This document shows positions 9,368 through 18,205 of a stretch of DNA of 64,000 nucleotides, in pieces. The stretch is from a virus, in IMG/VR virus record IMGVR_UViG_3300031772_000001, positions 32,001 through 96,000 of that record. One strand, given 5' to 3'. The notes beneath the pieces were generated by a model that saw only the letters and a list, made by a program, of their open reading frames with translations, was not told where the DNA came from and did no database searches. How positions within the stretch are numbered: the stretch's first letter is position 1; each line of letters opens with the position of its first letter. A program made the translations under genes and the position numbers.

Positions 9368-9486
9368 GTCTGTTGAGCGAGTACAGCGGTTTTCAGAGTT
9401 TGCCATGCTTCATCCGCAAGAACGACATTACCTACATGTATAGCACAATTTTTCTCGATAGCATCAATAGCCTCGATTGGCGTCAT
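9271..9486 (-). CDS. Cassette F hypothetical protein with C-terminal zinc ribbon
   Basis: AGGAG RBS; CPNC...CMVC encoded inside the attC-like site. Confidence 0.65.
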   Translation of the reverse strand: MTPIEAIDAIEKNCAIHVGNVVLADEAWQTLKTAVLAQQTTNSKSAPCPNCGERAGRYSLGEACMVCHYNL

Positions 9487-9522
9487 GGCATACTCCTATA
9501 ATAAATTTTAGAGCGAAATTGC

Positions 9523-9582
9523 AAACAACGTTCCGGCAAATTGCCGAAGTGTGCATCACATTTTGGCATTTGCCTGTTGTGT
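9523..9582 (-). repeat. attC-like site, cassette E (60 bp)
   Basis: CAAC-A-GGCAAAT-GCC-AAAA-TGTG-ATG-CACA-CTTC-GGC-A-ATTTGCC-GGAAC-GTTG. Confidence 0.85.
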
Positions 9583-9780
9583 GCTGTTTTTTGCGCCACC
9601 GCTGCTTTCAGAGGTTGGCGGGGATGGAACGAGCATCCAATGCGTTATTTTGCAATTATACTCGCAATGGCCAGCAATAAAATCCTGTGCGTGAATAGTC
9701 TCGATACTGCCGTTGTCAAAATGAACTAATATCGGGCCATCGTAATCCGGGACAACACCTTCACCTTTTTTGTACCACAT
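9556..9780 (-). CDS. Cassette E DUF551-like protein
   Basis: AGGAGG RBS; MWYKK...ITHWMLVPSPP. Confidence 0.65.
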   Translation of the reverse strand: MWYKKGEGVVPDYDGPILVHFDNGSIETIHAQDFIAGHCEYNCKITHWMLVPSPPTSESSGGAKNSTQQANAKM

Positions 9781-9817
9781 AGCCAACCTCCTATAATTTG
9801 AAAGCGCAAAAAATTGC

Positions 9818-9950
9818 ATACAACGTTTTGCTCTATTGCGACGTGCGTGACAACCACTTGTCAACCTTATTACGGTAGCACTCCGAACAACGCGGAGATT
9901 TGGTCCGCACAAAAACGCACTCTCCGCATGGCGTAATAGCGCTGTTGGGT
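9818..9950 (-). repeat. attC-like site, cassette D
   Basis: CCCAAC-A-GCGCTATT...AATAGAGC-AAAAC-GTTG. Confidence 0.7.
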
Positions 9951-10090
9951 GCCGTGGAATGAGCATCCGCCAGATAGTGGCCACAGTCGCTGCACAAAGA
10001 ATAGTTGCTGTCCCGAACTATGCATACATCTCGCTTAATGCAATCAAGTTTTTTGTGGCCACCTATAACCTCCAAGCGAATGAATGGCAT
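9833..10090 (-). CDS. Cassette D Cys-rich hypothetical protein
   Basis: Several CxxC pairs; start uncertain. Confidence 0.45.
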   Translation of the reverse strand: MPFIRLEVIGGHKKLDCIKRDVCIVRDSNYSLCSDCGHYLADAHSTAPNSAITPCGECVFVRTKSPRCSECYRNKVDKWLSRTSQ

Positions 10091-10228
10091 CCCAACGATC
10101 CGCGCTACTGGTTCCGTTGCTCGATCTCACGCAGAAAATCACAAAACCTCATTTTTTGCGCATCAGACCGAGAAGAAGACAATGCCAGTTTGCGCACGAG
10201 AGCAATGGCATCTATAGCGCTGTTGGGT
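10090..10228 (-). repeat. attC-like site, cassette C
   Basis: CCCAAC-A-GCGCTAT...GTAGCGC-GGATC-GTTGGG. Confidence 0.7.
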
Positions 10229-10329
10229 GCCGTTGTTGACAATTCCTCCGGTTTGGAGGCGCAGCGATCGCACGAACCTGCCGGTATGCCGTGCTGACAC
10301 CACCCGTTGAGCAATACGCTATCATTCAT
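10105..10329 (-). CDS. Cassette C hypothetical protein
   Basis: GAGGAGG RBS; MNDSV..CQHG..CDRC. Confidence 0.6.
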   Translation of the reverse strand: MNDSVLLNGWCQHGIPAGSCDRCASKPEELSTTAPNSAIDAIALVRKLALSSSRSDAQKMRFCDFLREIEQRNQ

Positions 10330-10368
10330 TTTGCGCCTCCTCGGCATATCGACTTGTCAACTATGGCA

Positions 10369-10496
10369 TCCCAACGTCCGAGCAATGTACGCAGTGCTAC
10401 TGCTTGTGACAAATCGGAACTCCGGTACAGCAACAACTTTTGATAGGATACTTGCAGCTCGCATACAGAGAGCATTGCGTACTTGCTTTGTTGGTG
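10369..10496 (-). repeat. attC-like site, cassette B
   Basis: CCACCAAC-AA-AGCAA-GTACGCA...TGCGTAC-A-TTGCT-CGGAC-GTTG. Confidence 0.8.
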
Positions 10497-10609
10497 GATG
10501 TAAATCTTTCCACCATAGCGTTCTGTGCGGCATTCCAGACGTTGCTATACTTCTCCATATCTCCGCCGCCGCCAACGTTGCTCCACCACTGCTCAAATGT
10601 CATTTCCAT
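10397..10609 (-). CDS. Cassette B hypothetical protein
   Basis: TFEQWW...WNAA; Cys-rich tail inside the attC-like site. Confidence 0.6.
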   Translation of the reverse strand: MEMTFEQWWSNVGGGGDMEKYSNVWNAAQNAMVERFTSTNKASTQCSLYASCKYPIKSCCCTGVPICHKQ

Positions 10610-10643
10610 GCCGCACCTACAATTCCAAAGAAAGGTTTATTTC

Positions 10644-10721
10644 CACCAACGTTTGCGCAACAGCCGAAGCCGCTACGCCCCCTTGCTACGCTTACGCGGT
10701 TTTGGCTTTGCGCTGTTGTTT
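10644..10721 (-). repeat. attC-like site, cassette A
   Basis: CAAC-A-GCGCAA-AGCC-AAAA-CCGC...GCGG-CTTC-GGCT-G-TTGCGC-AAAC-GTTG. Confidence 0.85.
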
Positions 10722-10936
10722 GTTGTTGCCGTGCGCTCAACTGCTTTCTGCGCGGCGGCGATTTCGCTACGTAACGATTCAATAGCTTTGTCAACGCCGT
10801 GACCAAGGTTGTCCTTTAACATACTGTCGAAAAGCATAGAATACACTTGGTCGGTGATAATGTTTTCGGCGTTGACATAAGGATATCCAAACTCACGCAT
10901 ATTGCGGATAGCCGCAGAAATCAATTTATCTCGCAT
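10673..10936 (-). CDS. Cassette A hypothetical protein
   Basis: AAGGA RBS; MRDKLISAAIRNMREFGYP. Confidence 0.65.
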   Translation of the reverse strand: MRDKLISAAIRNMREFGYPYVNAENIITDQVYSMLFDSMLKDNLGHGVDKAIESLRSEIAAAQKAVERTATTNNSAKPKPRKRSKGA

Positions 10937-10987
10937 ACATTCCTTTCCGCCGCGCCTATAATATGGTCGCACGGCAATTGCAAACAA

Positions 10988-11275
10988 CTACCTCAATAAC
11001 GCACTCTCAAACCGTAGACATTTCTCTTTTTCTCTCCTTAATTCCTTTACTTCCCGAAACTTACTTGCATTATCAACCTCTAACCAAGTAACCCTCTGTT
11101 GTAACCTGTCAATCTCTTTTCTTAACCAAGCAACCGCATCCGAAGTACCATTACGCTTATTATCCTTACTCTCACTCTCATTCTCACTTGTAAGTCTTTT
11201 TGCAATTCCGAGTAACCAAGTGTTATCCCTGAGATACACACGCGAATTTACAACAACATCAATGCCCCGCACCAC
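10988..11275 (-). CDS. Hypothetical coiled-coil protein
   Basis: 95 aa; the G of its TAG stop is the G of the first cassette junction. Confidence 0.55.
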   Translation of the reverse strand: MVRGIDVVVNSRVYLRDNTWLLGIAKRLTSENESESKDNKRNGTSDAVAWLRKEIDRLQQRVTWLEVDNASKFREVKELRREKEKCLRFESALLR

Positions 11276-11510
11276 AAACCTCTTTCAATTCAACTCTCTT
11301 ATTCCATTGCGTCAAGGCAGGATAATGCATAACAACCCCACATCCACTACACTTCACAACCTGCTCATTCCCTACATCATTCTGTATCGACTCCCAATCT
11401 ATATACGCTTTCCCGCCACAAAAAGGACATGGAAGTAACTTCTTCTTGTCTCTATCGTTAATTAAACCTTCCCACATTTCAACCTCACAAAATAAAACAC
11501 TACCCACCAT
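11259..11510 (-). CDS. Lar-family restriction alleviation-like protein
   Basis: LLPCPFCGG...CSGCG...WNKR. Confidence 0.7.
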   Translation of the reverse strand: MVGSVLFCEVEMWEGLINDRDKKKLLPCPFCGGKAYIDWESIQNDVGNEQVVKCSGCGVVMHYPALTQWNKRVELKEVCGAGH

Positions 11511-11871
11511 AATGACAATGATGACAGCAGTACCCGTTCTTTACAAGATGGTCACACTTAGGACACCTGTGGGTCACTACCCAAACTCTATAGTCAGCAT
11601 TATCCCTAAGAAGCTGATCAACCTGAAGTTCAAGACTCTCAATTCTGGTATCCTTTGACTGTCCCGGCAAACACTCAGCCATACCTATCAGCCTTTTATC
11701 TTACTTTTAGATAAATACTCAGCTACTTCACGCCTTTCAGCCTCAAACTCTTCTCGCTCACTCAAATCAAAAACCTTGATCCCGTCCCGCGTCATTATTC
11801 TATACCCCTGACCAGCAGGACAAGACACGTCCTCCCAACCTATTTTACGTTTTTCAATCATACTTTATACA

Positions 11872-12129
11872 CTACAACGAAACGGCTAACAGTTGCCGCA
11901 GCTTATTAACTACATAAGGTATAAAAATTTCACTCTCATTTTCATAAATACCAGAAAGCTCATTCATGTAAGCGGCAATTTCATCTCGTAGATGTTTCAG
12001 GGTATTCTCTTTGTCTTCTACCAACTCAAGCATCACACATTTTGCCTCTTCCAACATAGGGTTTGGCGCGTGATGCTCAATCAAAGTTGTAATAACAGAC
12101 AGTGCCTCTTCTTTTGTCATCCGGCTCAT
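11872..12129 (-). CDS. Hypothetical protein
   Basis: 85-aa ORF. Confidence 0.55.
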   Translation of the reverse strand: MSRMTKEEALSVITTLIEHHAPNPMLEEAKCVMLELVEDKENTLKHLRDEIAAYMNELSGIYENESEIFIPYVVNKLRQLLAVSL

Positions 12130-12172
12130 ACAACCCTGCCTTTCATTGGTTTTACTTACAGCATCCTATATG

Positions 12173-12520
12173 TCAATGATAATCCTTCTCATCCTGCTCC
12201 CATCCATCCTCAGACCTCAACTCACTTTCCTCCACACCCAACGCCTCAGCCGCTTCCTCGTATCCCCAAGGGTATTGATCTTGCCTGTACCGCACACCCC
12301 CACGTCTTTCCAACCCATGCTTAAATACCCTCGAAATAAACTTCTCCCCCGATGCACCTTCTACCAGTGCAAAATACACAAAATGCCCTACGTCCAGTTT
12401 TACCCGGTATCCTGTCCTCCATTGAAGCTGGTGTGATTGTATTGCATCAACCTCAGATGTACCTTCATACTCAAGCCACTCAGACAAATCAGGCTTCACA
12501 TACCTGAATTTGAAAATCAT
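12173..12520 (-). CDS. Hypothetical protein
   Basis: 115-aa ORF. Confidence 0.55.
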   Translation of the reverse strand: MIFKFRYVKPDLSEWLEYEGTSEVDAIQSHQLQWRTGYRVKLDVGHFVYFALVEGASGEKFISRVFKHGLERRGGVRYRQDQYPWGYEEAAEALGVEESELRSEDGWEQDEKDYH

Positions 12521-12548
12521 ACTTACACCCCATCCTACTCATATACCA

Positions 12549-12851
12549 TCACGCATCCGTAACTTCAACTCCAGGAAATGCCTCAACAAATTCTACGCGC
12601 CGCTCGGTCAGATTTTCCCAGAACGTCACCGCCTCATCTACACACAACGGCTCTATGCGGTCCTGTTCGCCCTGCCATTTCGTCAGATGCACCGCGAAAT
12701 ATCCACCCTTGAATGTACGATACAGGAAAGTCTGCCGTCCGTGCCGCTCGAAGTTGTGGCCGTCCCAATAGTCATTCCCGGCGATCAACGTAGCAGATTC
12801 AGTGTTGTACTTCTTGCGGTCGATAATCTCGGTCATGGATACTGGCTTCAT
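12549..12851 (-). CDS. Conserved phage hypothetical protein
   Basis: I...KYNTESATLI, LYRT..G.YF pattern; first gene behind a promoter. Confidence 0.65.
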   Translation of the reverse strand: MKPVSMTEIIDRKKYNTESATLIAGNDYWDGHNFERHGRQTFLYRTFKGGYFAVHLTKWQGEQDRIEPLCVDEAVTFWENLTERRVEFVEAFPGVEVTDA

Positions 12852-12948
12852 ACTCGGTACTCCTTTGGGGTCTTTGCCCCGGTTTGTGTGTGGTCTGTGC
12901 CACTATGCTACTACAACATCAGAATCAAAAATCTTGTCTTACACCTCT

Positions 12949-12977
12949 AATATACTAAACATAATCAGCAAAGTCAA
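12949..12977 (-). promoter_or_regulatory. Sigma70-like early promoter
   Basis: TTGACT-N17-TATATT followed by AGAGGTGTAAGAC. Confidence 0.8.
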
Positions 12978-13130
12978 CAGAAAAATAAATTAAATTAAAT
13001 CTACGAAGCCACAACACCCCTATCAGTATCAGTCGCCTCTACACCCGACGGGATCTCAGATCATTTTGTAAATAATCCTCAAACAGATCCAACTTCCAAT
13101 CATTTTCTGGTGATAATTCTTCATCTTTTC

Positions 13131-13343
13131 TTACCTGTGGCAATGCGTATTCATCCACTTCGCCGTATCCACCCACCCTTCAACAGTCATACTGGTAAGG
13201 TATAGGGTAAACACAGATGTCTCTGTCCACTTCTCAGTCACCCCACCCGCGAAATACCAGTATCCCTGCCCCTTTACCACCTCTACCCCACGAAACCCTG
13301 CTTTCTGGAGTGCGAGATTCACCTTTTTTACAGTTGTACGCAT
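13131..13343 (-). CDS. Hypothetical protein
   Basis: 70 aa; LVKG.GYWYF-like motif. Confidence 0.55.
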   Translation of the reverse strand: MRTTVKKVNLALQKAGFRGVEVVKGQGYWYFAGGVTEKWTETSVFTLYLTSMTVEGWVDTAKWMNTHCHR

Positions 13344-13384
13344 CCCGGTCCCCTAATTCTTTTGAATTCTCTATCGAGCAAGCC

Positions 13385-13591
13385 CTAATAGTCTAATTGC
13401 CAATTCTGTGCGGCCTCGTAAGCTGCCCCACCATCACGCTCAACATCACGCTCAACATCACGCTCAACACTTTCCTTAGCAATCAGTGAGGAATACCAGT
13501 TGGCTTCTGCCTCAGTCTCAAACCGAACAACCGTCCCATCATCAAATCGAACATACCATCCAGACTGTTCCTGCTTAACAACACTTTTCAT
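13385..13591 (-). CDS. Hypothetical protein with VERD x3 repeat
   Basis: GGAGG RBS; 12-bp tandem repeat. Confidence 0.55.
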   Translation of the reverse strand: MKSVVKQEQSGWYVRFDDGTVVRFETEAEANWYSSLIAKESVERDVERDVERDGGAAYEAAQNWQLDY

Positions 13592-13655
13592 TCTCTACCT
13601 CCTTAGTCTTATCAACTCTATCTTATCTTTTTTCTCTCCCCTGTCTTACACCTCT

Positions 13656-13684
13656 AATATACGCTATTTCGCCGGTAAAGTCAA
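13656..13684 (-). promoter_or_regulatory. Sigma70-like early promoter
   Basis: TTGACT-N17-TATATT followed by AGAGGTGTAAGAC. Confidence 0.8.
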
Positions 13685-13845
13685 GTTATTTCTAATAAAA
13701 ATGCAAGTAATCCTCGCTGTTTACTGCAAATAGCAACAACATCAATGAGTTACAGAGTTATTTTTTGTGGTTTTGCCGTATTTTTGAGCTATGTCCAATG
13801 ATCTTACACCATCTTTCTGCATTACATCACATATTACTGCCCTTA

Positions 13846-14118
13846 TTACTTCTTGTCTACATCACCATCAGCTTCCTTAATAACATCCTCCAAATCCTCA
13901 CCCTCTACATCTGAAATAACATCATCTGAATCCTCCACCGGCAACGGCTCATCAAACGCTACCGCAAATGCAATATCTACCGCCTCCTCTATACACCCCA
14001 ACATCTCATAGTAATACCCCGTGTGCCGCTTGACAAACCCCGTTACATCTACCCACTTGTCAAACCTGTGACACGCCTCCCGCTTCGCATACTCTACTTC
14101 CCCACGCTTACATCCCAT
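13846..14118 (-). CDS. Hypothetical acidic protein
   Basis: 90-aa ORF. Confidence 0.55.
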   Translation of the reverse strand: MGCKRGEVEYAKREACHRFDKWVDVTGFVKRHTGYYYEMLGCIEEAVDIAFAVAFDEPLPVEDSDDVISDVEGEDLEDVIKEADGDVDKK

Positions 14119-14318
14119 ACAATACCCCCCTATGATACCTGATCAACGCTACATCAACGGTAATCTGATTGACGGTAATCTGATTGACGGTAGTTTTTAT
14201 CAAAAATCAACATTTTTTGACACTAGACGCCCCACCGTTTTTACGACCCCCGCCAACAGGCCCCATAGGGTAAGTCGTCAAGTATATTTTTGAAAAAGAA
14301 TAGAAGAACTGTCTACCC

Positions 14319-14648
14319 TTACCGTTCCCCCACCGTAGCATCAACAAGACACTCCCTTATACACTCTTCAGGATGATAACCTATCACCCTATCTACCTGC
14401 CTACCCTCTTTGTAAATCACCAATGTAGGCACTGCTGTTATGTGATGTAACTTAGCTTGTTCAAAAAACCCTTCGTGATCCTCTACATTTACTTTATAGA
14501 ATTGAATTGAAGGAAACTCTTTTTCAAACCCCTCTATTATAGGGAGAACTTTATTACAAGGAGCACACCATCCTGCATGAAACAAGATCGCCACAATACC
14601 CTCACCATGTGTCACCTCATCATACTGCAACTCTTTTAATAATCTCAT
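14319..14648 (-). CDS. trxA: Thioredoxin
   Basis: FHAGWCAPC active site; AVPTL cis-Pro motif. Confidence 0.9.
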   Translation of the reverse strand: MRLLKELQYDEVTHGEGIVAILFHAGWCAPCNKVLPIIEGFEKEFPSIQFYKVNVEDHEGFFEQAKLHHITAVPTLVIYKEGRQVDRVIGYHPEECIRECLVDATVGER

Positions 14649-15310
14649 GGTGTCACCTTCCTTACTTCCTTCTTGTGTTCCTTACTTTCAGCCTTCTTGC
14701 CAAACATGTGTGTGGACATCAAATCCGCGCCATGTATCAAAGCTGAAAACTTTGTCATCCCACTACCATCACTCATATAACTGTACGGGCTTGACAAGTT
14801 ACAAGACCAACCTCCGTGATGGTGTGCAACCGCTTCTATTTGAGTGTCACTTAAAATTATCCCATGTAAAGCACAAAGCTGAGTTACCTTTGCACTTTCA
14901 TCAGGATATGTAATACCGTCTGCTACTTCCCAAATCTGTCCACCATATTTTGCTTGCCTTCTGTAATCACCCTCCGGCATATCCTTGTACCTGTATAATT
15001 TGTCAAGATCATGCACATAAGCCACAAGTATTACATCGTCCAATGTAAAATCAATAGGATTAACTGCAAGTTTTTCACAATAGGCTGTTACATTATAGTA
15101 ACTCTGAATCGCCAACATCATCACTTCCTTTACATGATCCACATACCCACCTACCCAAGCGTGATGATGCCGCTTTGACGCGGGCCAATAAATAATCCGA
15201 TCCTTCAAACTAGAATGCATCAACGGCAAACTCTCCCTCAACTCCTGATCTAAAATCATGTTGAGCATCTGCGTAATCTGATCGTAACTACTCAGTACCG
15301 TATCTGACAT
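14645..15310 (-). CDS. HD-domain phosphohydrolase (YhaM-like)
   Basis: PAS..HHH...GG...H, HDLDK, HHG, H.AD. Confidence 0.85.
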   Translation of the reverse strand: MSDTVLSSYDQITQMLNMILDQELRESLPLMHSSLKDRIIYWPASKRHHHAWVGGYVDHVKEVMMLAIQSYYNVTAYCEKLAVNPIDFTLDDVILVAYVHDLDKLYRYKDMPEGDYRRQAKYGGQIWEVADGITYPDESAKVTQLCALHGIILSDTQIEAVAHHHGGWSCNLSSPYSYMSDGSGMTKFSALIHGADLMSTHMFGKKAESKEHKKEVRKVTP

Positions 15311-15576
15311 CTGAAACCCCCTTATTACTTTTGATTCAGTTTAAGATAATCCCTGCACTGCAACAACGCCCCAATCAACTCCTCAAATGTCAGACTGTCT
15401 ACAATCTCATCCTCAATGTTGTGCTTATTATCCCTAATCAACTGCTGATAACAAAACTCCAAAGTAACCTTCACCGGCTCCTTTGGACGATAACTCTCAA
15501 GTTCAACCTGACTCCTATCCCTCATAGAACCCCCCTCAGTTTTTGAACAAAGGCGCGGATCAATGGGCGGCTCCAC

Positions 15577-17326
15577 TCAGTACCCCGTAAAAGGATAAAC
15601 GGGGCACACTAGGGTTGCTTCCGCTTCACCCACCCCCACCAACCCGCGCCAACTACTACCTTTAATACTACGCTTTTTGGCACTTAACAATTAAGTTAAA
15701 AGCCTTAAAATTAAGCAGAATTTGACCCTCTAAAGAACTCGTGCTCCAGCAACTGCTCTCCTCCAGGCTGTGGCCCCCACCCCTCCAAAATCATAAAAAC
15801 TTCATCCAGCCGACACCCACCACCCTAAGTACACACTCGCTTCCGACTCAATCCAGCAAATCGCAGCTACAACAAGGCTTGGCTATTTAACAACAGACGT
15901 ACTTAACAATGTCGCATAATATACATTACGTAAACTTAACAGGGGATGCGTCTCTAACCCCATGATATATCTGGCTTAAATTGCTTCCGTTTGTCAACTT
16001 TTAGACTTTTCGTTAAGTTAAAATAACCCTAATTTCGCAATGTTTACTTAACGACTGTACATTGCGTGTTATTACTGCTATTTTACCGCAAACCAGAGTA
16101 AAACCACCCAAAACCGTCTGGAACTGGAACCTCACGGCTTCGCACAACACCGCAAGGGCGAAGCCTCAAAACCTGACCCCACCACCCTGACCCCACCACC
16201 CTGACCATGACCTCACATCCAAAACCATGTTAAATGCCGTTAAATAGACCTAGTTTTGGTTAACGCCAACACCAAACCGCTAGCTCTCTCAAAACAAACC
16301 CACTGCCCAAATTTCGCCAAAATCGCCATTTCCAAAAACCCTAAAAGAATTTCTGATGAAAAAGGGAACCGCCGTCGCTTTGAACCCTGTACTTGTTCAG
16401 AAAAAATAGTGCCCTAATTTCGCCAAAATCGCCAGTAGGTAAATTGTGCAGTACGATAATTTTAATGCTCCCATTTAACAGCACTTAACCGATAAACTCG
16501 ACCAAAAACCCCCACCCCGTCTTAACCACGCTCTGCATACCAAACTTTCTTAAAGATTCATCCAGACACACCTACCTGAGTCCACTGTGGCTCGCCTCCA
16601 CCATCAGGCTCCGCTCCTTTCAAATCTAAATAAACCTAAAATTTACGCCCGGAACTCACCCCCACTGCCACTTCCCCGTTCCCTCCACCATCAGGCATCA
16701 GGCTCCCGACCCCCTACCGCCTATATCGAATCTTAAAAAGAACACTGTCCAATCCCCCACCAAGGACCACTGGCTCGATAACAGTCTCGATCCCTCTGAC
16801 CTGTGCATACCCTATTCCGGCCTGCATCAAAGTCCATCTATCAAGCCGGGAAACCGTCACAACCGCTGTACAACCATCCAGAACCAGCATCAAAGCCATA
16901 AGGACCACCAGCCCTATTGACTTTCGCCTGTAGGAATAGAACCCTCTAACCCCACTCAAAGCACACTCCCTCTTATATCTATGATTTCTTCTTAATTCCG
17001 ACCTTGTTGACTTTTGCCTATAGGAATAGAAACCTTCACCACCTTTTGACCCTTACCAAACTTGACACGCGAGAACTCGTAAACCTACTTAACGTCTTTT
17101 TGAAAACTGGCATTGATTTTAACCAAGTTAAATCAAAAATTAACTAATATTAACTTGACAAACTCGAATGACAAATGATAAATAAACTCCAAGACCTGTG
17201 TACCAACACCAACTTCTCAAAATCCTGTCATAATCCTTGACATAATGACTTAACAACCCAAATCTCCGTCCTTACATCATGCTTACCAAATCAATTTTCA
17301 GTGCTACACCACAGACTTTTCAAATT
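15577..17326. other. Largely non-coding region with multiple repeats; candidate replication origin or genome-end region
   Basis: 8 ACTTAAC/GTTAAGT boxes; AATTTCGCCAAAATCGCCA x2; 14-bp CCTGACCCCACCAC tandem; about 30-bp direct repeat at 16917 and 17007. Confidence 0.5.
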
Positions 17327-18088
17327 CTATAGCTTCCCTTGACCTTTCTCGAAATCCTCTACTCGCACACCCTTCTTGCTGGACCCCACCGACGAACCTG
17401 TCCTGGCCTTCTTTACCTGTCCAAGCATCTCTTTAACTGCCTTCAGACCTTCCTCGTCCAATGACCTCACCAGATTCACCAACTCATCACGTTCTGGGTC
17501 TATGATAATTTCCTTTGCCTCTACAGAGAATCTTCTTGCAAACTCCAAGAAGTCATTTACGGTATTTTTTAGTCTTGTATGATGTGTAAACAACTGAGCA
17601 TCACTTAATCCATCTATATTCCTGTCAATTAACAGCTTGTCCTCTACTCTGTGAAGCTGCCCAAGCAATCCATTCAGGTTTGTCATCCGCTGCATTATCA
17701 CATAGGCAATGTAATAACCCATCTTATTTGAAATATCAGCCATCATCTTAGCCAACTGACTCGGCGGCACCGTCTTCTCGCCCCGCATCCACTCGAAAAT
17801 CTCCTTCGGGATCACCGAATTCTTCGCAAGCTCCTCCGTTGGATTAGGCTGCAACTCAGGTTGCTGCCCCGCTGGCTTGAACTGCGTGTCTTCTGGGCTA
17901 ACTTTTTCAAAATTTCTATGTTCCTGCAAGCTACGACTTACCAAGTTCGATATGCCCTCAGATGCCTCTGTAAACCTCGGCTTCGGCACCACCGGCCTCC
18001 CTGCCCTCCCCAAGCTCGTTCTACGCGATGGAATCAATGACATACTACAATTTCCTTTTACAAAAAGAATATATTTCGCCTTTGTCAA
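17327..18088 (-). CDS. Hypothetical helical protein (start likely near 18043)
   Basis: Long ORF. Confidence 0.65.
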   Translation of the reverse strand: MTKAKYILFVKGNCSMSLIPSRRTSLGRAGRPVVPKPRFTEASEGISNLVSRSLQEHRNFEKVSPEDTQFKPAGQQPELQPNPTEELAKNSVIPKEIFEWMRGEKTVPPSQLAKMMADISNKMGYYIAYVIMQRMTNLNGLLGQLHRVEDKLLIDRNIDGLSDAQLFTHHTRLKNTVNDFLEFARRFSVEAKEIIIDPERDELVNLVRSLDEEGLKAVKEMLGQVKKARTGSSVGSSKKGVRVEDFEKGQGKL

Positions 18089-18205
18089 ACAGACTCTAAC
18101 TCATTATCAAATATCATGTATATTCTATTTACTTAACTCCGATCTCACACTACTACTTCCCAAAACCCCAACAACCTCTCATAAAAAGAGATACTACCAT
18201 TGCTA

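Larger units (their letters stand above)
8719..10987 (-). mobile_element. Array of 8 integron-like gene cassettes without an integrase in the window
   Basis: Junction G residues of GTTG cores at 10988, 10650, 10375, 10096, 9824, 9529, 9248, 8975 and (degenerate) 8719; each cassette's internal CAAC box is complementary to its own 5' end; composition differs from the flanks. Confidence 0.85.

Noticed and set aside
11872-11910. Possible attC remnant (…AGCCGTTTCGTTGTAG)
   Set aside because: No complementary left arm or CAAC box found upstream
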